DNA of 64,000 nucleotides from Octopus sinensis (Eukaryota). The position numbers and the translations under genes were made by a program. A model generated the notes under the pieces. That model saw only the letters and a list, made by a program, of their open reading frames with translations, was not told the DNA's origin and ran no database searches. Location: NCBI RefSeq assembly GCF_006345805.1, contig NC_043004.1, positions 77,872,001 to 77,936,000 of the forward strand, written 5' to 3'. Each line of letters starts with the position of its first letter. Position 1 is the first letter of the stretch. This document shows, in pieces, positions 37,921 to 51,129 of this stretch.

Positions 37921-38249
37921 CACTTTACTTTCAGTAACAAGCACTCTTCTTCTCCATCTTATCACCATTTTCATGTATAAAACCCTCTCAACATGTAACA
38001 GCTGACCCACACGTCACAGGTTCACCATTACTGCCCCATAATATCATCCTACCAGGTCCTGATCTTAATCCCCTTTCCTTGTTTTCTTCAAATTTGTCAA
38101 CATCCTCATTAATCATCTCCGCTTTTTTCTATTAAGGCTTGTTTCTCCATCTTTCTTCTTTTAGGACACGGGTGATCGTATCCTGTCACAATTCTCACTT
38201 TGTTTTCTGTGACAGTTCCACTTCCTGATGTTTAACGTCTACTTCTTTG

Positions 38250-38510
38250 AACCAATTCCTCAAAGCTTCACATCCAGATCATCATCATCCTTTCTCTCCT
38301 TCTTTCCCCTTCAAACTTGCCAGTCATCACTAAATTCTCCAAACCCTATTTTCCTCATCACATTACCAAGAAATCTCAGTTGCTTAGCCCTTATCTCACA
38401 AAGCAGTTTCCTATTTACTGCAACCTGGTTCATCATTTCTTCATTAGACATTTTCTCTGACCATCTAGCCTCAATATTCTCTGCTTATTCACTATTAATC
38501 TCTATTTATC
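38250..38510 (-). pseudogene. Decayed RTE-type LINE ORF C-terminal fragment
   Basis: RIL.L..SNEEMMNQVAVNRKLLCEIRAKQLRFLGNVMRK..ENLVMTGKFEG.RRR, with frameshifts. Confidence 0.65.
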
Positions 38511-40466
38511 TCTCTCTTCTTCCATTCAGTTTATTCCGCATTACTAATAAATATCCAATATTTTTCAGTTGAAAGAATCTGCCCAAAACATCAGATCTCT
38601 TTCCCTCAATGCAAAATAATTTATTCTAACATATAAACGTTTTTACATTTATTATGTGAGGCCATAAACGAACACTACATTTTTTTTGCTTATTCAAGGT
38701 TGACCGAAGCCTTGTGATTGGATTTGGTAAACAGAAAATGAAAGCTCATTATATGTGTATATCATCATCATCATCACCACCATCATTCAACGTCTGTTTT
38801 CCATGCTGGCATGGGTTGGAAAGGTTTGAGTGGTGCTTGCACGTCAGAGAGCTGAACCCAACTTCAATTGTCTATTTTATCTGGTTTCTATAGCCAGATG
38901 CCCTTCTTAACATCAACCACTTTACAGAGTGTGCTGGGAGCTTTTTAAGAGGCACCAGCACAGGTGCTTTTAGCATGGCACCAGTACAGGTGTTTTTTAT
39001 GTGGCACCAGCACAGGTATCTATATATATGCTTGTGTGTGTGTGTGTGTGTGTGTGTTTGTTACTGTCTTCTCTTGATATCACCTGACAGGTGTAAATGA
39101 ATGTTATTGTTATACAAGCAAGGTTCTTCCTTTCCAGTCTTCTGTAAGAATATGTCTGGCCATGGGGAAATATTACTTTACTTCACAACTGGTGCCAACA
39201 GGAAGGGCATCTGGTCATAGAAAATCCACCTCAACAAATTCCATCCGACACATATGAGCAAGGAAAAAAGAGGGTATTCAAATACAAGGATTCTACTGTC
39301 TCATACATTCACACGCATACACAGATGTGAAAATATGGAATATTTTTCAGGTATAAAATGCATTTCTTACCTCCAATTAAGTAAGGTTTTACCTAGCCCT
39401 TTGACTTCCCATTCTATATCAAAGTTAGTGATTCTATCCCTTAAGGACCAAATAGACCCACTTAAGCTTGTGCCATGTGAAATTATGGGTGGGGCAAACA
39501 TATGTCATTGGCAGTAAGATTTATGCCTGGAAGAAATATTCTGTTTTCATGCTTAAATACCAGTTATTAAATAGCAATAAGGAATCTGCCCTAAAACATG
39601 CGTACATACACAAAAAATCATGCAAATATATCACTAGGAAAGATTTTTAATGGAGTAAATACCACAGGAATCGGTGATGCCAGAGTTTGCATGGTAAATA
39701 TTAGTTTGTCTCTATTCTTGTAGTAATCCTTCTCCAAGTATTCTTCATATGTAACACTTCACATATGAAATAACTGTTTGTTCTATATTCTTTATCTTGG
39801 AGGATGGTTTTCCAAACTTAAATTCCATTTTATTTTGTGACCCTTAATTGTACACATCTGTCTCTGTAATATTTTCCTTTTTACTTCCATTAAGGCCAGT
39901 GGACAAAATATACTGTGACCCAGTTTAGGGTCTGGTATTCATGACTTGAATTTCAAACCTTAGGGTCATCCTGATAACCATTTTTATAGCTGTATCAGGA
40001 TGCTAAATGTTGCTCTTTAATTCTTTGTCCTCAAACAGTACCGTTCCCTACCAAATATGATACCACTTGAACCAACATAATTTAAGTTCACTTCAAACTA
40101 CAATAGTGTGTATCACTTTGAATAAAGCTGTATAGACTCATCTTTAACCAGATGAACTGGATGCAAATAAAGGCCACATTGTAAGATATCATCCATGCAG
40201 CAGAAACATGTTTAGGACAGATTGAAATTAAATATACAGTATAATCTCTGTAAGTATGTATGTATGTATGACAGACTTTTTTCAGTTTCCACCTATCATA
40301 TCCACACGCAAGGGTTTGGTTGCCCAAGGTTATAGTAAAAGGTACTTGTCCAGGGTGCCATATAGTGGAACTGATTCCAGAAGCATGTGGTTGGAAAGCA
40401 AGTTTATCACCACACAGCCATTCCCAAATTAATTATTTAATATGTTTAAGTAGCTCATAGGATGTG

Positions 40467-41608
40467 TTTATTCTATGCTTACAGACATAAGCGCAGTTAA
40501 ATATTCTGAAGAAATCTTCTTCACCATTTTGTCAATAATTCAAAAGAAACTGAGGGTGTTATCTTAGAGGCAACCTCTGAGTATCAATTCTAGCGAAAAG
40601 CTGCTAAGAAGAGAAAATAAGGCACAAACCTCTAGTTATGGAGATAAATGAAAAACCACCACAATTCTGGTTAGCGTTAACATCCTACTAACAGTAGTAA
40701 AATCTAACCGATATTTATTCTATGCTTACAGACATAAGCGCAGTTAAATATTCTGAAGAAATCTTCTTCACCATTTTGTCAATAATTCAAAAGAAACTGA
40801 GGGTGTTATCTAAGAGACAAGGGAAAGAAGAGAAAAAAAGCAAACTAATATTTACTGATATTTCAAAGATGTCTATCTCAATGGAAAACTAAGCAAAACG
40901 GTAAAAAAAAAAAAAAAATAAATAAAAAGATCAAACAACTTCATTTGGGAATTAGTATAAAAACGGAGATAGATGTGATAAAGAAGACAACTAAGCAGAG
41001 GTCTTTGAGTAGAAGTGGGGGAGTAGAACGGTGAAAATTTCTAGAAGTGGAAAACGGTAATTTTTAGACATAACAATAAATTTGCTTTTGCAATTTTTCA
41101 TGAGTTCTTGTACAAATATATAAAGTTTAGTATGCACAGGTGTGGCTCTGTGGTTAGAAGTTTGCTTCCCAACCATGTGGTCCTGTGTTCAGTCCTACTG
41201 CATGGCAAGCATTTTCTACTGTAGCCCTGGGCCAACCAAAGTACTGTGAGCGGATTTGGAAGATAGAAACTAAAGGAAGCCCATCATATATACAAATATA
41301 TATGATTGTATGTATGTAGCTGTGTGAGTGTTTGTCTCCCATCACAACTTGACAACTGGGGTTGGTTTATTTACATCCCCATAACATATTGGTTTGGCAA
41401 AACAAAAGAGGTACTGGGGTTGATACATTCAACTACAAAACCCTTCAAGGCAGTGCTCCAGCACGGCTGCCATCCAGTGATAGAAATTAGTAAAAGATAA
41501 AAACATAGAGAACCTCTGAGTATCAATTCTAGTGAAAAGCTGTTAACAAGAGAAAATAAGGCAGAAACCTCCAGTTATGGAGATAAATGAAAAACCACCA
41601 CAACTCTG
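40467..41608. repeat. A-B-A...B dispersed micro-duplications of two 98-bp units
   Basis: A: 40467-40564 equals 40714-40811. B: 40572-40669 vs 41511-41608 with 6 mismatches. Confidence 0.85.
41138..41500 (+). mobile_element. SINE family B
   Basis: Full head to tail. Confidence 0.8.
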
Positions 41609-41639
41609 AATAAAGAGAAAAATCAAAAATCTATCATTA

Positions 41640-41975
41640 GTCAGTGGCCATTCTGGGGCACTGCCATGGAGAAGTTTTGGTCATATGAATTGATCCCAGT
41701 ATTTATTCTGTTGGTCTATGTTGCTGAACCACAAAGTTATGGGGACATAAACACACCAACAGTGGTTATCAAGTGGTGGCAGGGGAACAAATGCAGATAC
41801 AAAGACACACACACACACGTGATGAGCTTCTTTTAGTTTCCATCTACCAAATCTACTCACAAAGCTTTGGTCTGCCCAAGGCTATAGTAGAAAACACTTG
41901 CCCAAAGTACCTTGCAGTGGAACTGAACCGCGAAGCACGTGGTTGGGAATCAAGCTTCTTACCACAAAGCCAAGT
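41640..41975 (-). mobile_element. SINE family B (inverted relative to 41138-41500)
   Basis: Reverse complement of the consensus. Confidence 0.8.
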
Positions 41976-42484
41976 CTGTACCAAAATAGAATTAAATATT
42001 CTATTTTGATAATAAGTCTTAATAAAGCTCCAAGGCACTTGGTGGTGTTAAAGCTGGGCGATGGATCAAGTCCATCACACATGTAGGCCATTTTGAACTC
42101 AGAATTTGAAGGGGTGGATCAAATGCCACTAGGCCTTCTGTCTGATGCCCTAGTGACTCCACTAATTTGACTTGAGGATTATGTTAAAGGTAGTCGTGTC
42201 TGAGGAATACTCAGCCACTTCACACATTCCAATGATCCATCATTATATATGCGTCTGTATGTGTGTAGTGACGGCCTGTGGCTTAGTGGTTAGGGTATTC
42301 AGCTCATGATCGTAAGGTCACGAGTTCAATTCCTGGCAGCAATGATCAGATCAACTGGAAGACTCATCATCATAACTGACGGAGTCCCAGTGTATATGCG
42401 TGTATAAATATGTGCATTTGGGTATTTATACGCGCATGTGTGTATGTGTGTGTGTGTGTAAATATATATATAAACTGAAAAAAA

Positions 42485-42712
42485 GGCGGCGAGCCGGCAG
42501 ACATGTTAGCACGTTGGGCGAAATGTGTAGCCGTATTTCGTCTGTTGTTACGGTCTGAGTTCAAATTCCACCGAGGTCGACTTTGCCTTTCATCCTTTCG
42601 GGGTCGATAAATTAAGTACCAGTTACGCACTGAGGTCAATGTAATCAACTTAATCCCTTTGTCTGTCCTTGTTTGTCTCCTCTATGTTTAGCCTTGTGGG
42701 TAGTAAAGAAAT
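42485..42712 (+). mobile_element. SINE family A, alternative-tail variant
   Basis: Near-consensus head ggcggcgagccggcagacatgttagcacg. Confidence 0.85.
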
Positions 42713-43161
42713 ATATATATATATAAGCTGGCTGTCATCTGCATTAATAAACATAAAACCTTGGGTCATCTGCATGGTCATGTTTTGCTACATGTATATA
42801 CATGTATTTGTGTTTGTGTACATACACACATAGAAATATAGATGATATAAATGTACATTGCACGCACACACACACACACATGTCTGGTGGTATGTCTAAG
42901 AAAATTATCAAAAGTAGCAAGTCAAAAGGGAAATCAATATAACAAAATCCAAAAAAGGCTCATCATGATGGTGTTGGTGGTGGTAACAACAATGGCACTG
43001 AGGGTGAGGGTTGTGGTTGTTGTAGCATATACAACAACAACAACAACAATAACAGCAGCAACAACAACCAAGTTTATCTCAGTTTCATAAGTCAGCAGGA
43101 AGTAGAAGAAATGTTATGTAGAAAAGTTTATGAAAAGTGACATTTGAATTTAGTGATAAAG

Positions 43162-43164
<3 letters not shown>

Positions 43165-43200
<36 letters not shown>

Positions 43201-43240
43201 AATATAATATATATATACACACACACACATAATATATATA

Positions 43241-43302
<62 letters not shown>

Positions 43303-43419
43303 TATATATATATATATATAATATACATATATATATACATATAAATATATATATATACATACATATAGAATATCAATACAGAACTCTTTTTTTCTCTCTC
43401 TCTCTCCCCATATATATAT

Positions 43420-43462
<43 letters not shown>
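43165..43462. repeat. (TA)n-rich microsatellite cluster
   Basis: Long interrupted TA runs. Confidence 0.95.
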
Positions 43463-43466
<4 letters not shown>

Positions 43467-43628
43467 CTATTGAAATGTGTACATTTTAATAGAAGTGAAC
43501 GTTGAACTAAAAACAAGCAAAACAAAAAAAATGTATAAGAAATAATGATATTTAAAGGTTCCCCTGAGAAGAAAATACTGAAATAATCTGAAGAGGAGGA
43601 CAGACGTGCATACATGTGTTGTATGTAA

Positions 43629-43659
<31 letters not shown>

Positions 43660-43929
43660 AATTATCACTTAAAACAGTTTGATTTTATCCCATGCAACTT
43701 AAAGTTTTGCAACATTCTAACAGAAACCTATCTCGTTCGAAGTTCAGATTATGAGTAATCTATGTTTAAATGAGCCAGGCCTCTGTTAGATGCCTATGAA
43801 ACTTTAAGCTGCATGGGGTCAAATCAAACTGTTTTAAACAATAATAAATGTAATTCTTGTTAAATGTGCTGAACGCCTCTTTCTGTCATTTGCCCACTTA
43901 CATACATGTGGTGTGTGTATATATATATA

Positions 43930-44822
43930 TCATCATCATCATCATCATCATTTAGCGTCCGTTTTCCATGCTAGCATGGGTTGGACGGTTCTACTGGGGT
44001 CTGGGGAGCCCGAAGGCTTCATCAGGCCCAGTCAAATCTGGCAGTGTTTCTACGGCTGGATGCCCTTCCTAACGCCAACCACTCCGTGAGTGTAGTGGGT
44101 GCTTTTTACGTGCCACCCGCACTGGTGCCAGACAGAGCTGGCAAACGGCCACGAACGGATGGTGCTTTTTATGTGCCACCGGCACGAGGGCCAGGCGAGG
44201 CTGGCAACGGACACGAAACGGGGCGGTGCTGGCAACGGTCGCGAAACGGAAAGTTCTCTTACATGCCACCGGCACTGGTAACACATCTGCAATTTCCATT
44301 GATCGATTTCCATTGATCGATTTCGATTCTGATCCTCACTTGCCTCAATGGGTCTTCACAAGCAGAGTTTCGACATGCCACCGGCACTGGTAGCACATCC
44401 GCAATTTCCATTGATCGATTTCGATTCTGATCCTCACTTGCCTCAACACGTCTTCACAAGTAGAGTTTTGTGTCCCAAGAAGGGAAGGTATGCATACGTA
44501 GGCTGGCTCCATCCCATGTAGAAGGCCACGGGTTGTGGACTCACTTGTCCTGCCGGGTCTTCTCGCGCACAGCACACTTCCAGAGGTCTCGGTCTCTAGT
44601 CATTTCCTCAGTGAGACCTAAAGTTCGAAGGTCGTGCTTCACCACCTCGTCCCAGGTTTTCCTGGGTCTGCCTCTTCCACAGGTTCCCTCAACCGCTAGG
44701 GTGTGGCACTTTTTCACACAACTATCTTCATCCATTCTCGCCACATGACCATACCAGCGCAAACGTCTCTCTTGCACACCACAACTGATGCTTCTTAGGT
44801 CCAGCTTTTCTCTCAAGGTACA
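43930..44822 (-). mobile_element. RTE-clade LINE 3-prime end (ORF C-terminus, 3-prime UTR and (ATG)n tail)
   Basis: TLREKLDLRSISCGVQERRLRWYGHVARMDEDSCVKKCHTLAVEGTCGRGRPRKTWDEVVKHDLRTLGLTEEMTRDRDLWKCAVREKTRQDK*, followed by a UTR with ~50-bp gtgccaccggcac repeats and ggatgcccttcctaa.gccaacc. Confidence 0.9.
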
Positions 44823-44980
44823 ATGGGCTTCTTTCAGTTTCAGTCTACCAAATCCACTCACAATGCTTTGGTTGGCCTGAGGCTATAATAGAAGATACTT
44901 GCCCAAAGTGCCATGCAGTGGGACTGAACCCGGAATCATGTGGTTGGTAAGCAAGCTACTTACCACACAACCACTCCTAG
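44823..44980 (-). mobile_element. SINE B head joined directly to the RTE fragment
   Basis: ..gaaagaagcccattgta|ccttgagagaaaagctg.. junction. Confidence 0.8.
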
Positions 44981-45775
44981 GCCTATAAAGAAATATTTTC
45001 AACACTTTATTTGAAGTAAGTGACAGACCTCATTGAGCTATGGTGCAGTCAGAGCCACACATACTCTCTCTGTGCATACAGAGGGAATATGATATTAATT
45101 ATCCATTGGTGTATATTTTACAATAAAGACCACAGAAAAGGAAGCCTTAATTTGAAAAACCTGGCTGTTTTATTGACTCATAATTGTTGCTAACTTATCC
45201 AGCTGCATATTTGAAGGACATGTATGTGTATGTGGGCAGGTGGGGGGGATAGTTAGATTTATCAGCTAATATAAAAGGAGGCGGAGGGAAAAAGCCAGTT
45301 GCTAATGGTTTCCCTTGAAAAGGAAATTATTTCTACAAATCCAATTGTATATTTGAAGGACACACATGCACACACAATGGGTTTTCACACAGTTTCCACC
45401 GGCCAAATTCACTCACAAAGCATTATTCAACCTGAGGTTATTGCAGAAGACACTGACCCAAGATGCTGCAGAGTGGGATTGAACCCAAACCCCAAGTGCT
45501 CCAAAGGGAGCTACTTGACCTCACAGCCACGAAACATTTTGGAAGAGGTTTCTGCAAATGTGAGGCCTGCATCATGTGCAATTAAGGTTGCTCAGTTAAT
45601 ATGAAAATTAGTTAATCTGCTTCAGATTTGATAATAATCATTGATCTTCCTAATGACACACTCTTGGTAAATATGCTTTAAAATTGGAATGATTAAGAAG
45701 AAAAAAACATGCAGAAGTGGACAATCAATACAGATAACTGCTATGGTACACTGGGTATTTATATAATCTCTATGC

Positions 45776-45829
<54 letters not shown>

Positions 45830-46309
45830 CATCATCATCGTTTAACATCCACTTTCCATGCTAGCATGGGTTGAACGAATGACTGAGGGCTGGTGAACCA
45901 GATGGCTGCATCAGGCTCCAATCTTGATCTGGCAGTGTTTCTACAGCTGGATGCCCTTCCTAACGCCAACCACTCCGAGAGTGTAGTGGGTGCCTTTACA
46001 TGCCATCGGCATGAAGGCCAGATAGCCGCTCTGGCAACGATCACGCTCGGATGGTGCTCTTAATACCCTACTAGCACAGGACTCGAGTGCCAGTAAGGCG
46101 ACGCTGGTAACGATTGCACTCTAATAATAATGCAGACTTTGTGGAAAGAGTGTGGAAAATGTGACCCACTTGGTAAGTGAATGTGAGAGCCTTGTGCAAA
46201 AAGAATACAAGCGCTGTCACAATAAAGTGTGTGTGTGTGTATCTTCATTGGCTCTTATGCTGTAAATATTAATATGAAGTAAAAGAGAACTGGTATGAGC
46301 ATGTACAAA

Positions 46310-46740
46310 GTAAAGTTATGCAGGAAGATGGAAAAGTAACGATACTCTAGGACTATGATTTTCAGGTGGATTGTGTAATTGAACACCGTCGGCCGGATAT
46401 CATTATATTGAATAAGAGAGACAAATACTGTCAGATCATTGATGTAGCCATACCAAATGACATGAATTCTGTGAGTAAAGAGGTTGAAAAAATCAAGTAC
46501 TCTGAATTGAAAGTGGAAATGACAAGACTGTATGGAATGTGAAAGGGTAATGTAAAAGTGATACCAGTGGTGATTGGAGTCTTGGGCTTAATGCCATTGA
46601 AACTTCAAGACTTCTTAAGGCAACTGGAAATTCCATGCAAGATTGATGTCTTGTAAAAAGCAGCCCTTATTGGGCACAGCGCACATCTTCAGGAAAGTGT
46701 TATCAGTCTGAGGTCCTTGTTGTGACTTGACAGCTGACGA
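46310..46740 (+). pseudogene. R4/Dong-like restriction-like endonuclease (RLE) C-terminal fragment, copy 1
   Basis: DFQVDCVIEHRRPDIIILNKRDKYCQIIDVAIPNDMNSVSKEVEKI-KYSELKVE..VIPVVIGVLG..KAALLGTAHIFRKVLSV*, with stops and a frameshift. Confidence 0.85.
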
Positions 46741-46764
46741 AAGAATCTGGTGCATTTTTTACCT

Positions 46765-46930
46765 ACACTGTGTTAAACCAAAATCTAATCAGTTTGTTCT
46801 AGTCCTGATGCCAAACATTCCTGAAAGTTTCATCCAAATCCATTCAGCAATTCTTGAGATATCTTGTCCACAGACAAACAAACAAACACAACTGTAAACA
46901 ATACCTCCACCTTCGCTGAGGTGGAGCTAA
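46765..46930 (+). mobile_element. Helentron-like non-autonomous element 3-prime end (copy 2 at 47998-48162)
   Basis: aaaatctaatcagtt..gtttcatccaaatcc..gagatatc..acagacaaacaaacaaac..aaacaatacCTCCACCTtcgctgAGGTGGAG hairpin. Confidence 0.6.
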
Positions 46931-46955
46931 TAATAATGATAATAATAATAATAAC

Positions 46956-46996
<41 letters not shown>

Positions 46997-47033
46997 TAAC
47001 AATGATAATAATAATATAATAATAATAATAATA

Positions 47034-47064
<31 letters not shown>

Positions 47065-47542
47065 CATCATCATCGTTTAACATCCACTTTCCATGCTAGC
47101 ATGGGTTGAACGAATGACTGAGGGCTGGTGAACCAGATGGCTGCATCAGGCTCCAATCTTGATCTGGCAGTGTTTCTACAGCTGGATGCCCTTCCTAACG
47201 CCAACCACTCCGAGAGTGTAGTGGGTGCCTTTACATGCCATCGGCACGAAGGCCAGATAGCCGCTCTGGCAACGATCACGCTCGGATGGTGCTCTTAATA
47301 CCCTACTAGCACAGGACTCGAGTGCCAGTAAGGCGACGCTGGTAACGATTGCACTCTAATAATAATGCAGACTTTGTGGAAAGAGTGTGGAAAATGTGAC
47401 CCACTTGGTAAGTGAATGTGAGAGCCTTGTGCAAAAAGAATACAAGCGCTGTCACAATAAAGTGTGTGTGTGTATCTTCATTGGCTCTTATGCTGTAAAT
47501 ATTAATATGAAGTAAAAGAGAACTGGTATGAGCATGTACAAA

Positions 47543-47973
47543 GTAAAGTTATGCAGGAAGATGGAAAAGTAACGATACTCTAGGACTATGATTTTCAGGT
47601 GGATTGTGTAATTGAACACCGTCGGCCGGATATCATTATATTGAATAAGAGAGACAAATACTGTCAGATCATTGATGTAGCCATACCAAATGACATGAAT
47701 TCTGTGAGTAAAGAGGTTGAAAAAATCAAGTACTCTGAATTGAAAGTGGAAATGACAAGACTGTATGGAATGTGAAAGGGTAATGTAAAAGTGATACCAG
47801 TGGTGATTGGAGTCTTGGGCTTAATGCCATTGAAACTTCAAGACTTCTTAAGGCAACTGGAAATTCCATGCAAGATTGATGTCTTGTAAAAAGCAGCCCT
47901 TATTGGGCACAGCGCACATCTTCAGGAAAGTGTTATCAGTCTGAGGTCCTTGTTGTGACTTGACAGCTGACGA
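47543..47973 (+). pseudogene. R4/Dong-like RLE fragment, copy 2 (tandem duplication)
   Basis: Same sequence as 46310-46740. Confidence 0.85.
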
Positions 47974-48188
47974 AAGAATCTGGTGCATTTTTTACCTACA
48001 CTGTGTTAAACCAAAATCTAATCAGTTTGTTCTAGTCCTGATGCCAAACATTCCTGAAAGTTTCATCCAAATCCATTCAGCAATTCTTGAGATATCTTGT
48101 CCACAGACAAACAAACAAACACAACTGTAAACAATACCTCCACCTTCGCTGAGGTGGAGCTAATAATAATGATAATAATAATAATAAC

Positions 48189-48229
<41 letters not shown>

Positions 48230-48439
48230 TAACAATGATAATATAATAATAATAATGATAATAATAATAATAATAATAATGCTGATGATGGCGGTTGCTC
48301 CCATCAATTTTGATGTATAAGTGTTTGAAGGAGAGGATTTAAAGTTAGAGAAAGTAATAGAAAGAAAAAAAAAACACTAAGAAACGGCATCTGTTTGTGA
48401 TGGATGCATGAATGTAATTTGAATCCAGGAATGGATTTT

Positions 48440-48975
48440 GCTATGAAGTCACAATGGGGTCAATGAGGATTTTCATTTTGCCTGCGATTGCAAGGTTCTA
48501 GTTTTTCTAATGTTCTTTTTCTTCAGCACAAATTGCTTGCATGCATCGTGACACATTTTATGCCACTCAGATCGATTTAGGCAATGACTTTCCCAAGATG
48601 TCAAGTTAAACTTTAGAGATTTTAGTGCTTTCTTCAACTTATACGAAAGGACAGGTCTTCCTCTGCCACAATATCCCTCCACTTGTTGGCCATACAAAAG
48701 AACTTTTGGAATGCAGTCACTTTTCATTCGAACAACATGTCCTACTCATATGCACTGAATTCTCATCAGCATGCTTTGGATACTGGAGGTATCATATTTT
48801 TCTAAGATTTTGACATTTGATATCTTGCCGTTTTGTGTTGCAGATATTGCACAGACAGCACATGTGAGAGGTTTCAAGTTTCTTTAAATGTCTGTAGCAG
48901 GGAGTCCATGCTTCTGCCTCGTACAAAAGTGTGCTCAAAATACAAGATTTGTATATTTGTATTTTAGTGTGTATA
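48440..48975 (-). pseudogene. Decayed RTE/BovB-like LINE 3-prime fragment
   Basis: TKIQIYKSCILSTLLYEAEAWTPCYRHLKKLE..; MKSDCIPKVLLYGQ..GRGRPVLSYKLKKALKSL..WESHCLNRSEW. Confidence 0.85.
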
Positions 48976-49015
48976 TAATAATAATATAATAACAACAACA
49001 ACAACAACAACAACA

Positions 49016-49052
<37 letters not shown>

Positions 49053-49759
49053 TAATAATAATCCTTTCTATTATAGGTACAAGGCCTGAAATTTGTGGGG
49101 AGGGCGTTAGTCGATTACATCAACCCCAGTGTTTCACTGGTACTCAATCTATTGACCCCAAAACCAAAAGATGAAAGGCAAAGTCGACCTTAATAATAAT
49201 AATAATAATGTTTTCAAATTTTGACACTAATCCAGCAGTTTTAAGGAAGAGGAAAAATTTATTTTAACTCAGAACGTATGAAACAAGGATTATGGCTGTT
49301 TAGGAGAAATTTATGAAAATGTTTTAGACAGGAAAAGGATCAAATGAGGCATATTATTAGTAAATGTCTTCTTAAGAGCAGATTAGATCTCTTAAAACTC
49401 TCTGAAAAATGTCCCTTATTATTATTCATATTTTACAGGGTTGTGTAAACACCCAACCCCCACTCCACCGTCGCCGCCTCATTTTTCATGCCATGCTTTT
49501 ATGTAAGAGGGTCAATGTACGAGACTCAACAAACTGGTGGACCAAAACTATTTGAGAATCCCTGCAGACAAATGTTGCAGTGCCAACACAGTATACACAA
49601 TCAATAAAGTCTAAACAGTACACATATGTAGAAAGAGTTCTTCAGAGAAATTTTTAAAATCTCTTTAAAAATGCTAAAGAAGAATTCGTGTTTAATATTC
49701 TAGAAGTAGTACCACAGTCAAATTCTTGTATTTGCTAAAGCCTATCATCAGCATCATCA

Positions 49760-49792
<33 letters not shown>

Positions 49793-50744
49793 TATTATTA
49801 TTATCGATTTTGTAGAAGAATAAAATTGGGCTGTTCAAGTATTGTTTACCAATTCCAGATCAAAAAGAAACTGTGATAACGGCACCAATCAATCAAAGAG
49901 AGATAAAGTGTTCTTTTCAAAGAAAATAATGGCATGCAATTCACAGGCAGAAGCTGATGATGGCTACGATAATATTACTACTATTAATGATGATGATATA
50001 ATAATAATAATAATAATAATAATTGAAAATATGCATGCTACTTATATTTATCTAAATAAAAAAAAAAGAAAAGAAAAGGTGTGAATACTTAAGTTTTGAA
50101 GTATCTGAAAGGAGATTCTAGAAAGGAAATCGGTCGGTTATCTCAGATAAGTTTGGACCAGAAGTGACCCAAAGAGAGAAAGATAAGAAGGATGAAAATC
50201 TTTAGGTAGCTAACCGACACTTTTTTTCTAAGCTCTCAGCCTTCTTTAGTTAAGAATGGTATAATATTTCACCAATAACAGTGATTATATCTATTTCTTG
50301 TAGACACAGGCCACAAGTACCATTATTTTGGTTCTATAATTTCAGACAGCTGAAGAGCTACAGTTGATGCCAATAACTCTAATGATGCTTAAGTTTTATT
50401 AAAAACCAAGAATTCACTAAATTTTTGCCACTCAGCCCCAGCACCAAGTTCTTTATTATAAGCAGCCAAAGCCAGGTTCTTGTGAACCTGTAACCCTACA
50501 ACTTATTAGCATTGAACCCTTTTTTTTTTTTTTACTAAATTTCTGTTGAAATAGGCTTTCATGCTAATATCTGAAACTGTTATTGGACAAGATGCTTGAT
50601 GGCATTATTTTTTTTGGGGGGTGCTCTTAATGTTCTGAGTTCAAATCCCACTGAGATCAACTTTGCATTTCATCCTTTGGGGGATCAATGAAATAAGTAT
50701 CAGCTGCACAATGGGGTCAATGTAATCAATCAGACTTCTGAAAT

Positions 50745-51092
50745 TTCAGTGCTGCCTGACTGGCACCTGTGCTGGTGGCATGTAAAAAGCACCATTCAAG
50801 CATGACTGATGCCAGTGCCTCCTGACTGGCATCTGTGCTGGTAGAGCATAAAAAGCACCATTCAAGCATGGTCAATGCCAGTGCCACCTGAATGACTCCT
50901 GTGCCAGTGGCACATAAAAAGCACCCACTACACTCTCGGCATGGTTGGTGTTAGGAAGGGCATCCAGCTGTAGAAACCTTGCCAAATCAGACTGGAACCT
51001 TGGTGCAGCCTTCCAGCTTGTCCTCAGTCAAACTGTCCAACCCATGCCAGCATGGAAAGCAGACGTTAAACAACAATGATGATGATGATGAT
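50745..51092 (+). mobile_element. RTE 3-prime-UTR-derived repeat
   Basis: Same family. Further copies at about 8700-8865, 13660-13770, 28830-29085, 34600-35290, 38760-39270, 45830-46115, 47060-47350, 52410-52560, 54170-54335 and 63610-63845. Confidence 0.8.
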
Positions 51093-51129
51093 GTGCTTAG
51101 AGTAGAAATAATAATTGTTATTATCAAAG

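Larger units (their letters stand above)
45775..48285. repeat. Tandem duplication, about 1235-bp period, (TAA)n junctions
   Basis: 45830-46930 nearly equals 47065-48162; differences seen are one SNP and one GT unit. Confidence 0.92.

Noticed and set aside
42940-43140. Asn/Gly-rich open frame resembling low-complexity cephalopod protein
   Set aside because: Bounded by stops, no splice sites, and explained by (CAA)n/(GGT)n repeats.
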